Below, in pieces: positions 1 to 8,164 of a DNA stretch of 36,223 bases. The first letter of the stretch is position 1, and each line of letters starts with the position of its first letter. The position numbers and the translations under genes are program-made. The notes beneath the pieces were generated by a model. The model was not told the origin of the DNA. It did not search any database and saw nothing but the letters and a program-made list of their open reading frames with translations. Source of the stretch: a virus (Duplodnaviria; Caudoviricetes); the IMG/VR virus record IMGVR_UViG_3300024287_000090, positions 1 through 36,223 of that record; one strand, written 5' to 3'.

Positions 1-126
1 TTGAATTCTGCAAGTTCCGGGAACGTATCGCAGAATATATCAGGTATGTAGTCAGGACTATCTGTAATAGGTGGCAAAGAGATCTTAGGCTTGACTCCTG
101 GCTTCGGTATCTCTGTTTTGGGTATA
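1..126. repeat. Terminal direct repeat, left copy (circular assembly overlap)
   Basis: 1-126 is identical to 36088-36213; bet ORF continues in frame across the join. Confidence 0.95.
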
Positions 127-848
127 GCAGCCACAGCATTATTGAAATCAGGGAGATCATCCCCATTAAGAATTTGATCCATCTTCTCTTTGTCACTTCG
201 TTTGCCTCCTGGACGATATGTGGCCTCTAGGACATCGAAGTCCTTTATAGATGTTGCATCTTTTGCAACCACTGGTCCTTGATTCGCTTGCTCCATTTCC
301 TCGGTCCCATATAATCCACCCAGATCATCAGGAAATGCCGTTCTGAGTGCTTGCATTTCAGCAACCTTGGCTATCATATGGTCAGGCATTTTCTGCCACA
401 TAGGATTCAATGACCCATCTTTATTCTTCGCTGCAAAAGCATTAAACCTAGCCACGGCCCATACTGGCTCTTTGAAGTCATGGCGTAATACTCCGACCTT
501 TGATGCCACTGGTGGCTTATCAACTAACCATGCATCTACCCATTTTCCGTCTTCCCCGCACCAATATGGACCGACACGTCCAGCATACTTACTGGTCCTA
601 TCAGCAATATAGCGAAATCCATCAATTGAAACCTCAATGGACATCTTCTGATCATATTGACGTGTTTCTTTATTGAAGAATGGACGCATAATACAATAGA
701 TGTGTCGTTTAAATGGGTCCAATCCCCTTGTCTTGCATATATTTATGAAAAACTTTAATTCATCGTCGCTTGCTCCCTTCGCTATTTGTTTTTTAATTAA
801 ATCTACTTGGTCGTTTGTGAATTCCATTTTAATTAATTCATTGCTCAT
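1..848 (-). CDS. bet: Phage single-strand annealing recombinase, Bet/Red-beta family (N-terminal part; continues at 36087 to 35931; 334 aa when joined)
   Basis: Not in ORF track. Manual translation from ATG 848: MSNELIKMEFTNDQVDLIKKQIAKGASDDELKFFINICKTRGLDPFKRHIYCI...SIDGFRYIADRT...MPDHMIAKVAEMQALRTAFPDDLGGLYGTEEM, typical Bet motifs; AGGAG RBS upstream. Confidence 0.92.
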   Translation of the reverse strand, partial: MSNELIKMEFTNDQVDLIKKQIAKGASDDELKFFINICKTRGLDPFKRHIYCIMRPFFNKETRQYDQKMSIEVSIDGFRYIADRTSKYAGRVGPYWCGEDGKWVDAWLVDKPPVASKVGVLRHDFKEPVWAVARFNAFAAKNKDGSLNPMWQKMPDHMIAKVAEMQALRTAFPDDLGGLYGTEEMEQANQGPVVAKDATSIKDFDVLEATYRPGGKRSDKEKMDQILNGDDLPDFNNAVAAIPKTEIPKPGVKPKISLPPITDSPDYIPDIFCDTFPELAEF

Positions 849-1003
849 TTAAGTTCTCCTATTAAAATCTTCCCATGCATGATCCTTAACTCATCTAAGT
901 CACCAGTGTGCACATCATCATCACTGCCCTCTGACACAAGCATAATTACCTCTGTTTTCTCATCATATTTCTTCAATTCATCAATTAATTCTTTAACTGT
1001 CAT
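845..1003 (-). CDS. Small hypothetical protein (MTVKELIDEL... family), 52 aa
   Basis: Manual translation; ATGA overlaps with both neighbours; N-terminus shared with 35336-35533. Confidence 0.8.
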   Translation of the reverse strand: MTVKELIDELKKYDEKTEVIMLVSEGSDDDVHTGDLDELRIMHGKILIGELK

Positions 1004-1494
1004 TCCGGTATCTCCATCCATTCGCCTACATGAGCAACCTTATCCCATGACCAATCACCCCTAAAGATGCATCCAATTCCATATACCCATTCACCAGTAG
1101 ACAATTTTGACCTAACTAAAACTTCTCTATTATGAGATGGTTTTTGAACCCTAGGTCTCCATGGTGATTCTTTTGTTTTTGCCTTATCGACCAAATCCCT
1201 CAAATGTATCATATAGTCATAATTTACATTCTCACCATGAACAAGTTGAAGCCTGCTATATAAAAAAGACAATAATTCTGACTCTTTCGATGGTTTAATT
1301 TGTTCTTTCTTCTTAGGTGGCTTTGGCATCGGCCGCCATTGTCTTTGATTGAAATGAAGAGCAATTTCTTGTTTGTTAAAAACCCAATCTTGCACCGTTC
1401 CCTCGTCGCCATCGGCATCAGCCCTAACTACTCTTTTCCCGAATGGCGGCCACGTTGACTCATCTTCTGTTATTGTTGTCCATTTTATTTTCAT
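1000..1494 (-). CDS. Hypothetical protein with two DUF551-like units
   Basis: KWTTITEDESTWPP...QWRPMPKPP and SPW...KP...EWMEIPE resemble DUF551 termini; paralog of 35530-35934. Confidence 0.75.
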   Translation of the reverse strand: MKIKWTTITEDESTWPPFGKRVVRADADGDEGTVQDWVFNKQEIALHFNQRQWRPMPKPPKKKEQIKPSKESELLSFLYSRLQLVHGENVNYDYMIHLRDLVDKAKTKESPWRPRVQKPSHNREVLVRSKLSTGEWVYGIGCIFRGDWSWDKVAHVGEWMEIPE

Positions 1495-1850
1495 TTTTTA
1501 TCCAAGTATTCTTGTATTGATTTCAAATTATGGATGTCATTCTCTATTTCTTCTTGTCGGTAATCTTTTATCTTTTCTACGTAATTTGAAAGTTCATTGA
1601 TCTTTTCAATAAATTCATCTAGAACCTCATCGATATCTCCATTTAAATCGTGTAACTCAGTAATTTTTTCTTTAAGGAATCTTTTCTTATCTGAAAAACT
1701 AAATTGATACTTAAGAAGAGACATTAGTCCAAACTCAAGACTAATTATTTCATCTTCCAATTTAGACTTTTTACCATCAGAATCTCTGAACTCTTTATCC
1801 TTAACTATTAAATCATTCATTATTTTATAAATTAATCTTCCACTATTCAT
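1491..1850 (-). CDS. Hypothetical coiled-coil protein
   Basis: 119 aa, E/K/L/I-rich; ATGA overlap with downstream gene. Confidence 0.75.
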   Translation of the reverse strand: MNSGRLIYKIMNDLIVKDKEFRDSDGKKSKLEDEIISLEFGLMSLLKYQFSFSDKKRFLKEKITELHDLNGDIDEVLDEFIEKINELSNYVEKIKDYRQEEIENDIHNLKSIQEYLDKK

Positions 1851-1936
1851 ATTATAAATCCCATCTCAATTATTATTACAAATAACAACATTACTGCGAC
1901 TGCGTCGAATAAGGTTAAATCATCTGTATTTTTCAT
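1847..1936 (-). CDS. Putative 29-aa membrane peptide
   Basis: MKNTDDLTLFDAVAVMLLFVIIIEMGFII; fills the gap, stop overlaps next ATG (ATGA). Confidence 0.45.
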   Translation of the reverse strand: MKNTDDLTLFDAVAVMLLFVIIIEMGFII

Positions 1937-2108
1937 TGGTTAAGTTGTACTTCATTGCCTCCACAGTGTCTGCGTTTAATTGCAACAAATAAACTGACTC
2001 TATAAAATATCTCCTTTGTTTTTTGAAATGTTTCTCAAGCATCTTGGCGATAATTAATGTATTCAAGAAAATTCCAAACAATATTACACAGTAAACAATC
2101 GTCTCCAT
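1920..2108 (-). CDS. Small membrane-anchored hypothetical protein
   Basis: Hydrophobic N-terminus; first gene after leftward promoter. Confidence 0.7.
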   Translation of the reverse strand: METIVYCVILFGIFLNTLIIAKMLEKHFKKQRRYFIESVYLLQLNADTVEAMKYNLTNEKYR

Positions 2109-2114
2109 TTTTTT

Positions 2115-2142
2115 ACTTTATCATTTGTGATGTTAATGTCAA
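2115..2142 (-). promoter_or_regulatory. Leftward sigma70-type promoter
   Basis: TTGACA-16 nt-TAAAGT with TG extension; ATG 6 nt downstream. Confidence 0.65.
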
Positions 2143-2160
2143 TAAAATTAATTAACTTAC

Positions 2161-2188
2161 TTGACATTTGATTCGATTGTGATAATTT
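2161..2188 (+). promoter_or_regulatory. Rightward sigma70-type promoter
   Basis: TTGACA-16 nt-TAATTT with TGTG extension; ATG (2196) 7 nt downstream. Confidence 0.65.
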
Positions 2189-2195
2189 GTTTTCA

Positions 2196-2426
2196 ATGAG
2201 GTCATTCAGAGAATTAGTTGATTTCTGCAGAAAACATGAACTTGATTTCAATGTGAAATTCTACAGGAGAGAGAACAAGGGTGTTTTTGATTTATGGGAT
2301 GTGTCAATTTCAAAGGATGAATTATTTCTTGATGACTCAAGTAGTAGCCTTAATTCATCGTGCCTTGTGGTCAAGGATAAATATAGAAAACACAAAAGAT
2401 ATAATGGAATAAAAAACAATGGATGA
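2196..2426 (+). CDS. Hypothetical protein
   Basis: ORF track 2187-2426; ATG 2196 fits the promoter position better. Confidence 0.7.
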   Translation: MRSFRELVDFCRKHELDFNVKFYRRENKGVFDLWDVSISKDELFLDDSSSSLNSSCLVVKDKYRKHKRYNGIKNNG

Positions 2427-2613
2427 GTTCATTAAATATGTGCAAGAGTGCAAGATATCCCATGCAGAACTTGCACGTCAATTAGGTTGCAGTACGGTGT
2501 ATATCCACCAGATTATGAATGGCAGAACTGATTATCCTCCTAGCGATAACTTTCGTAAAAAGTGCTACGAATGGATGAAGAAGTGCTGGGTGTGTGGGAA
2601 GAATAATGATTAA
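2419..2613 (+). CDS. Cro/XRE-like helix-turn-helix regulator
   Basis: ISHAELARQLGCSTVYIHQIMNGR matches HTH_3 pattern; 64 aa, no peptidase domain. Confidence 0.85.
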   Translation: MDEFIKYVQECKISHAELARQLGCSTVYIHQIMNGRTDYPPSDNFRKKCYEWMKKCWVCGKNND

Positions 2614-2977
2614 TTTCTCAAACAAGGGGAAAAAATACATGAAGGGTCCTGAGGCAATCACTATGACTGCAATTCGTGATTACTTGGACCATCTCCAATC
2701 CATGGGAAGGTGCATTTATAACCGTGTGAACAGTGGCAAGGTATTCACTGGAAACAGGGTATTCAATGGAGCCAAAGCTGGAACTGCTGACTTTGAGTGT
2801 GTATTCTATCCTAATGGCAGGCATGTATCCATAGAGGTTAAGTCAGATGAGGGTAAGCAATCTGAGGTTCAGAAAACCTATCAGAAAGACATTGAGTATA
2901 TGGGTGGAGTCTATGTGTTGGCTAGGTCGATATTGGATGTTGAGAAAAAGCTCAAAGCAGAAAAAATACTATTATGA
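2594..2977 (+). CDS. VRR-NUC domain nuclease (PD-(D/E)XK; possible Holliday-junction resolvase)
   Basis: GTADF...SIEVKSDEGKQSEVQK...GGVYVLARS motif; true start may be ATG 2606 or 2639. Confidence 0.85.
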   Translation: MGRIMINFSNKGKKYMKGPEAITMTAIRDYLDHLQSMGRCIYNRVNSGKVFTGNRVFNGAKAGTADFECVFYPNGRHVSIEVKSDEGKQSEVQKTYQKDIEYMGGVYVLARSILDVEKKLKAEKILL

Positions 2978-3393
2978 AGCTTAAAATTAAAAAGCTCATC
3001 CCTGATTTGGATTTGCGCTATCATAGTGATGGCGCCAGTGGAATTGATATTGTGTGCCCTTTCGATGTTGATGCGCAAAGATCTGATTTGGTATTTAAGG
3101 TTGGATGCGGTTTTTGCATCGAGATACCTGATGGTTATGAAGGTCAGATAAGGCCGCGATCGTCGTTATCTATGGATGGGTTTGATGTGGCTCTTGGAAC
3201 CATAGATTCCGATTACAGAGGAGAAGTTTCGGTTATTATCGCCAAGAATACAATTAGGAAATTCTCAATCAAGAAAGGCGAGCGCATCGCTCAATTGGTA
3301 ATATGTCCAGTGCAAAGATGTGAGATTGAAGTTGTAGACGAATTGTCGACAACTAAACGTGGAAATGGTGGATTCGGGAGCACGGGTAAATGA
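2974..3393 (+). CDS. dut: Trimeric dUTPase
   Basis: Five motifs present: ASGID, RPRSSL, GTIDSDYRGE, GERIAQL, RGNGGFGSTG. Confidence 0.97.
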   Translation: MKLKIKKLIPDLDLRYHSDGASGIDIVCPFDVDAQRSDLVFKVGCGFCIEIPDGYEGQIRPRSSLSMDGFDVALGTIDSDYRGEVSVIIAKNTIRKFSIKKGERIAQLVICPVQRCEIEVVDELSTTKRGNGGFGSTGK

Positions 3394-3665
3394 AACTTAT
3401 TGATGATATAAAGTCAATACTTAATAGTCTGCCTGAAAGTGTGACTGGATGGAATATTACAATCGACCCAGTTAGGTTTTGTGATATCTTATGTGAACTG
3501 GAAAGCGACAGATGGTTGCAGTCTGAACAGTATTACTATGACAAGTCACTTAATTTTGATCGATGCTCTCTGAGTAATTTTGTTCCGTTGAGTATATTTA
3601 CCCATTGTGACATCGCTCCTGGTGAGGTTAAAGCATATAAGAAACGCAATCCTGACTTACTATGA
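3390..3665 (+). CDS. Hypothetical protein
   Basis: 91 aa, ATGA overlap with dut. Confidence 0.7.
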   Translation: MKLIDDIKSILNSLPESVTGWNITIDPVRFCDILCELESDRWLQSEQYYYDKSLNFDRCSLSNFVPLSIFTHCDIAPGEVKAYKKRNPDLL

Positions 3666-3677
3666 AAAAAGGATAAA

Positions 3678-4037
3678 ATGATAAATAAAGTACTATTATT
3701 CGGAACTGTTGGTGACCATGTATGGGAAAATGCAACTCAGGGTGGTCAAAGAGTATTGAGCTTCTCCATTAAACAAGAGAGCTCTTACAAAGATAAGATG
3801 ACCAAAGAGATTAAGAAGTCACAGGCTTACTTTAATGTCAGCATGTTTAGCGAAGATGTTCAAGTGACTGCTGGTGACAACGTAATGCTCGAAGGTAAGC
3901 TTAACAATAAGAAGAACAAAGATGGCAAATATGAGCTATCGATTACGGCTTACAAGTTAGATGTGATTAAACAGCACACTGGTAATCATGGTGCGCCTAT
4001 TGTTGAAGACTTCAAGATTCAAGATATACCGTTTTAG
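3678..4037 (+). CDS. ssb: Single-stranded DNA-binding protein
   Basis: MINKVLLFGTVG N-terminus, OB-fold pattern, C-terminal DIPF tail. Confidence 0.92.
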   Translation: MINKVLLFGTVGDHVWENATQGGQRVLSFSIKQESSYKDKMTKEIKKSQAYFNVSMFSEDVQVTAGDNVMLEGKLNNKKNKDGKYELSITAYKLDVIKQHTGNHGAPIVEDFKIQDIPF

Positions 4038-4045
4038 GCGGTATT

Positions 4046-4114
4046 GCCAGATTAGCTCAAATGGTAGAGTCCCGTAGTATTGGGAGGTTGATGGTTCGAG
4101 TCCATTATCTGGCA
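4046..4114 (+). tRNA. tRNA-like gene or pseudo-tRNA with aberrant anticodon arm (Thr-like acceptor stem)
   Basis: Acceptor GCCAGAT/ATCTGGC-A, D arm GCTC-AAATGGTA-GAGT, T arm GATGG-TTCGAGT-CCATT; anticodon arm about 4 nt short; followed by TCA, not CCA. Confidence 0.7.
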
Positions 4115-4142
4115 TCAGGAGTTACATAACAAGGAGATAAGC

Positions 4143-4367
4143 ATGAGCGTATGGGTTTTATTGTTATTTTTTAAGTCTGTTTCGGGTAAAAATGAAGAAG
4201 TAAGAGTCCATGAATTAGGTGTGTATACTGTTGAGGCGAAATGCAAAAATGACATGAACGAGATATGGAGCAGGCAAAAAGAAGAACGTGAATATTTGAT
4301 GAACAGAAATGTGGCTCCTGAAGAGTATCTGATACCGAGATGTATCCACACTGAAAGATTAAAATGA
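4143..4367 (+). CDS. Small hypothetical protein with hydrophobic N-terminus and two Cys
   Basis: Strong AGGAG RBS; MSVWVLLLFF...C...C. Confidence 0.75.
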   Translation: MSVWVLLLFFKSVSGKNEEVRVHELGVYTVEAKCKNDMNEIWSRQKEEREYLMNRNVAPEEYLIPRCIHTERLK

Positions 4368-4696
4368 ACATACAGAAATTCAAATACAGAGCACCGCATC
4401 TTGTTGAACCATTGACTAAATGTATTCAATACTTGCAGTCAAAATGCGATAAACTTGAAGAAGAAGCGAAGAAGTTCACGCAACATATTCAAGATGACCC
4501 GTATAATTTCAATAATGATGTGCATGCTCGTAAGGCCAATGATAATATGATGAAGGTCAAAAGCCTTAAATTGCAAATGAAGCGGTTTAAAATTTGGCTA
4601 AACGAGTGTGAGAAGCAGAGCTGGTTTTATAAGTATAATCTCGATGAGAATGATTTATCTGAATTGTATCAATATAAGTTTACTGATTTATATTAA
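4364..4696 (+). CDS. Hypothetical helical protein
   Basis: 110 aa; ATGA overlap; last gene of rightward unit. Confidence 0.7.
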   Translation: MNIQKFKYRAPHLVEPLTKCIQYLQSKCDKLEEEAKKFTQHIQDDPYNFNNDVHARKANDNMMKVKSLKLQMKRFKIWLNECEKQSWFYKYNLDENDLSELYQYKFTDLY

Positions 4697-6674
4697 CTGT
4701 TGAACCAGGTCTATCGTCTGGGTTCCCTCTGTTCCCCATCATCTTCAATATCTCTTCTCTGAAAGTTGGATTAGTCATCGAAGTAAATAATCTAGACTTC
4801 ACTCCATCAATACCCATTGATTCTAATCCCTTGCCTAAGTATTGGCCTATTTGACCAGTAATTCCAGGCGCCTGTGCCATCTGTTGGATAATTGATGGAT
4901 TAGTCAGGAATTGGCTTGCAAAGTTATCTGGAGTCATTGCAGCTCCTTTCTTCTCTACTGCCTGTCCTGCCTTTCCTGCCCAGCTCATAGCCTGCGGAGC
5001 CATCCCAAGGAATGTTGAAACACTTGGATACGCATGACTAGCTGCTGCGTAACCTCCTCCAAAAACACTTCCAGCTCCTGCAACCATATTCATCATACTT
5101 TGCCCAGCTTGGACATTGCCAACTCTATTGGCGGCAACGGCAGCAGCCTGCTTTAATGTCCCGTTGTTTGCAATATCAACTCCAGTTCTGTTTTTAATCA
5201 TTTCCTCAGTAGCATCTCCAAGCCATGGTTTGGTCATTTGTACTTTTTGCTGAGCTTGTTTTTTTGCTTGCACCTGTGACTGTTGCGTTCCAGAGTTGAT
5301 TATTTTTGTTCCCTCATTCGGAGAGGTTAATGATGAATTAGCATTCATTTGATAAAAATTCCTTGCATCATTGTCAATTTGGGAAACAGGAGACCATCCC
5401 CTAACTGGTGGGCCATTTTGTTGCATCATTCTATTAATGGCTCCCTGTTGGATCTTTTTATGAAGGATGTCATTGGTATTTACCAAGTCATAATAGTGAG
5501 GATCGGTGTTCATGGTGTTTTCAAGCAATGGTGTATAAGCATCCGATGCGTTTTTTAATCCATTCACATAATAGGCAAGGTCTCTTTTATTGGTTATTCT
5601 TATAGCATCCCTTACAGAATCTCCTGGTTTCGGAGTGTAAAATCTATTGATGGCATTCTCTCTCAGTATAGGATCATCTGGGACTGGAACACCTCGTTTT
5701 TTAAGTCCTTCCGCAATGGCATCTCTGACTATTGACTGTTCTTCTGGCTTTAGATCGTCAAACATTCTATTAAGTGGGTCAACTCCCATTATATTTGAAA
5801 ATTTATCCCCCATGGAACCATGAATACTTTTGTCGGCAGTAAGACCCCTAACAGCATCATTCTCTGCTGTCTTAACTATTTCAGCCACCTGAGGGTTAAA
5901 AGACGACATTCTTGATGCATCAATGATTGACTTTAAATCACTCATCTTTTTAGATTCGGAAAAAAGAGATGGATTCTCTAATGTCTTTGGATTTGGTTTA
6001 ATGTGTTTTTCTATGAATGGAATTTTTCTCCCTATACTCCCAGCGGTTTCCATCGCTCCCTCGCTTAATTGTTGAGGTATTTGCATTGCCTTACCAATAT
6101 ATTGAGTAAGCTCTGGAAACTTGCTTCCGATATACGGCAACGCCTTATCGGCAATTGCGCCCGTAGCTGCACCTAAAACCCCACCGACACCTGCTCCTAT
6201 GCCTTTATCTCCCCAAGTATCTCCTTCAGCTCCAGATATCGCTGAATAAGCCGGCAATCCTAACTTGGCCAATGGTGACATTGCCACACCAAATGCGTTC
6301 CCTACTGTGTAGCTAATTGGATTGTCTTCGTGCTGTCTGTTGATGATCGATTGCACTTGCTGCGTATTGGTCTTAATGGGAGAGACAGAAGACAATAACT
6401 CAGCTGTTTTATCGGCAGTAATACCTTCAGTATACCCTAATCCTGCACTGGCCATCATATCTTTTAATCTTGACCATGTATCCTGAGGTTTTGGATCTAA
6501 TGTTGATGAGAATTTGGTTATTTCTTTCGGAGCAGCATACCCCTTCATGCTCTCCAATGTTTGTTCATCAATATTGCGAGCTAAATCATGAAGCTCATCG
6601 TAGGAAGAAGTTCCTGGTGATTTTCCATCTATTTCGTCAGCAAAATCGTGTAATTGTTGATAATCATTTGCCAT
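4680..6674 (-). CDS. Probable internal virion/DNA ejection protein
   Basis: 664 aa, Gly/Ala-rich hydrophobic stretches; last gene of podovirus-like tail module. Confidence 0.6.
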   Translation of the reverse strand: MANDYQQLHDFADEIDGKSPGTSSYDELHDLARNIDEQTLESMKGYAAPKEITKFSSTLDPKPQDTWSRLKDMMASAGLGYTEGITADKTAELLSSVSPIKTNTQQVQSIINRQHEDNPISYTVGNAFGVAMSPLAKLGLPAYSAISGAEGDTWGDKGIGAGVGGVLGAATGAIADKALPYIGSKFPELTQYIGKAMQIPQQLSEGAMETAGSIGRKIPFIEKHIKPNPKTLENPSLFSESKKMSDLKSIIDASRMSSFNPQVAEIVKTAENDAVRGLTADKSIHGSMGDKFSNIMGVDPLNRMFDDLKPEEQSIVRDAIAEGLKKRGVPVPDDPILRENAINRFYTPKPGDSVRDAIRITNKRDLAYYVNGLKNASDAYTPLLENTMNTDPHYYDLVNTNDILHKKIQQGAINRMMQQNGPPVRGWSPVSQIDNDARNFYQMNANSSLTSPNEGTKIINSGTQQSQVQAKKQAQQKVQMTKPWLGDATEEMIKNRTGVDIANNGTLKQAAAVAANRVGNVQAGQSMMNMVAGAGSVFGGGYAAASHAYPSVSTFLGMAPQAMSWAGKAGQAVEKKGAAMTPDNFASQFLTNPSIIQQMAQAPGITGQIGQYLGKGLESMGIDGVKSRLFTSMTNPTFREEILKMMGNRGNPDDRPGSTVNINQ

Positions 6675-8164
6675 TAATCACCCGCATAATGTTCAATTAT
6701 CTTTTTTGCTGCTGCCTTGTCTTGCTCAGAAGCCGATGGATCACTCAAAGCCTTCTCGGCCAGGTCTACTTTGTCTTTCTCTTCCATCATCTCAGCATTC
6801 ATTTTTGCTGCTCTTATTTTATTTTCAGGATTCTTGTTCAATAGCTTACTGTGCGTCAATGTCGCTTGCTTGATATTGGATTTAATGTACTCACGTGCAA
6901 CTTTGGCCATTTCTTTGCCATTTTCAAGAATGTGCTCTTTGATCCCAGGAGTATTAATGTATGCAGGATCTGATTTAACCTTTTGCCAAATATCTGCAAT
7001 GTTGCTTTTTAAAGTACTATATTTTGACTCTTCCGTAGCTGATACTGTTGGATTCCCACCAGTAACCATAGCTGCTAAGTCAGCAGCGGCAATATTATAA
7101 TCCTGAGGAGTCATCCCTTTTGGATTATTCATGATTTTTTCTAAGCGCTTATATCTTCCAATGGTGTTTTTGGCATTTCCTATGATTCCTCGTGCTGAAT
7201 CAGGATTAATTGATTTATTATATCTTTCCCATTCTTTTTCTTCATCTGCTGATTGCTTCTCTGACTTACCTTCAGCATGTTGTTCACGCGCAAGCTCCTG
7301 TCTCGCTCTCTCGTTTTCAATCCTGTCACGTTCATTTTGATTACGAGCCAGATCCATTTTCCTGTCCCATTCTTCTTTGCTTTTATTGAATTCAGAACCT
7401 GACTGACTCTGTTGCGCCATTGCTACATTCCTTCCTGCACTTAAATCTTGACCGATATTTTTATCTAAATCAGCCTTTAGTTTTTCTTGTTGAGAAAAAC
7501 TCATTTTATCAGCATTTGCAGCATAGGAATCGATATTTGAAATTATCTTCATCAATTCTTCTGGGTCTTGATTCATTTGTTTGGCATTTTGCTTGGCCAA
7601 CATTTTATAATGCTCAAGATGACTTAAGAAATTGGCCGCATTTTGTTTGGCTTTAGGAGAACCGGGAACGCTATCCATATATGTATTAAGTGTCGTCAAT
7701 CTCTTTTGAGCAGCATTGTTTTGCGATGTCTGGACATTGCCGTACATATCAAGCAATGTTTTATATTTATTTATTTTATCATCGTCTTGCTGACGTCTTT
7801 TGTCATAGATTAGCTTGTCCAGTTCGGCAGCAGGAGTCGGTCTTCCACCAGAGGCAATGGCCGCTAAATTACTGAACATCGAACGCGTACGCATATCGTT
7901 GTCTTCAGCAGAACGACGTGCTTGCTCTTCTGGTGATGGCCTACGATTGACCAGCTGTTGCAATGCCTGGAAATCAGGATTATCGAATATTGACTCCTGT
8001 TTCAGGAGGTCAGGAGGCAGCATTTGCGGTGGAACTGCCTGAGTATTGTCCTGTGGTGGAGTAGGCACAGGTGGCCCCATATTGGCAGCCGTTGCGGGAT
8101 CCTGAGCTATTAACTCATCTTCATCTTGAACAAATGGATTATAAAAAGACATTTTTATCCCCAA
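6674..8164 (-). CDS. Probable internal virion/ejection protein (helical, coiled coil)
   Basis: 496 aa, Q/E/K-rich; position; start may be ATG 8152. Confidence 0.6.
   Translation of the reverse strand: MGIKMSFYNPFVQDEDELIAQDPATAANMGPPVPTPPQDNTQAVPPQMLPPDLLKQESIFDNPDFQALQQLVNRRPSPEEQARRSAEDNDMRTRSMFSNLAAIASGGRPTPAAELDKLIYDKRRQQDDDKINKYKTLLDMYGNVQTSQNNAAQKRLTTLNTYMDSVPGSPKAKQNAANFLSHLEHYKMLAKQNAKQMNQDPEELMKIISNIDSYAANADKMSFSQQEKLKADLDKNIGQDLSAGRNVAMAQQSQSGSEFNKSKEEWDRKMDLARNQNERDRIENERARQELAREQHAEGKSEKQSADEEKEWERYNKSINPDSARGIIGNAKNTIGRYKRLEKIMNNPKGMTPQDYNIAAADLAAMVTGGNPTVSATEESKYSTLKSNIADIWQKVKSDPAYINTPGIKEHILENGKEMAKVAREYIKSNIKQATLTHSKLLNKNPENKIRAAKMNAEMMEEKDKVDLAEKALSDPSASEQDKAAAKKIIEHYAGD

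Noticed and set aside
1-126. Biological terminal repeat marking physical genome ends
   Set aside because: Falls inside bet and its length is typical of assembler overlap; cannot be taken as packaging termini
845-1494. Diversity-generating retroelement explaining paralog variation
   Set aside because: No reverse transcriptase seen and differences are not adenine-specific
4046-4114. tRNA as attP site of a temperate phage
   Set aside because: No integrase recognised and the element is nearly full length rather than a 3' fragment
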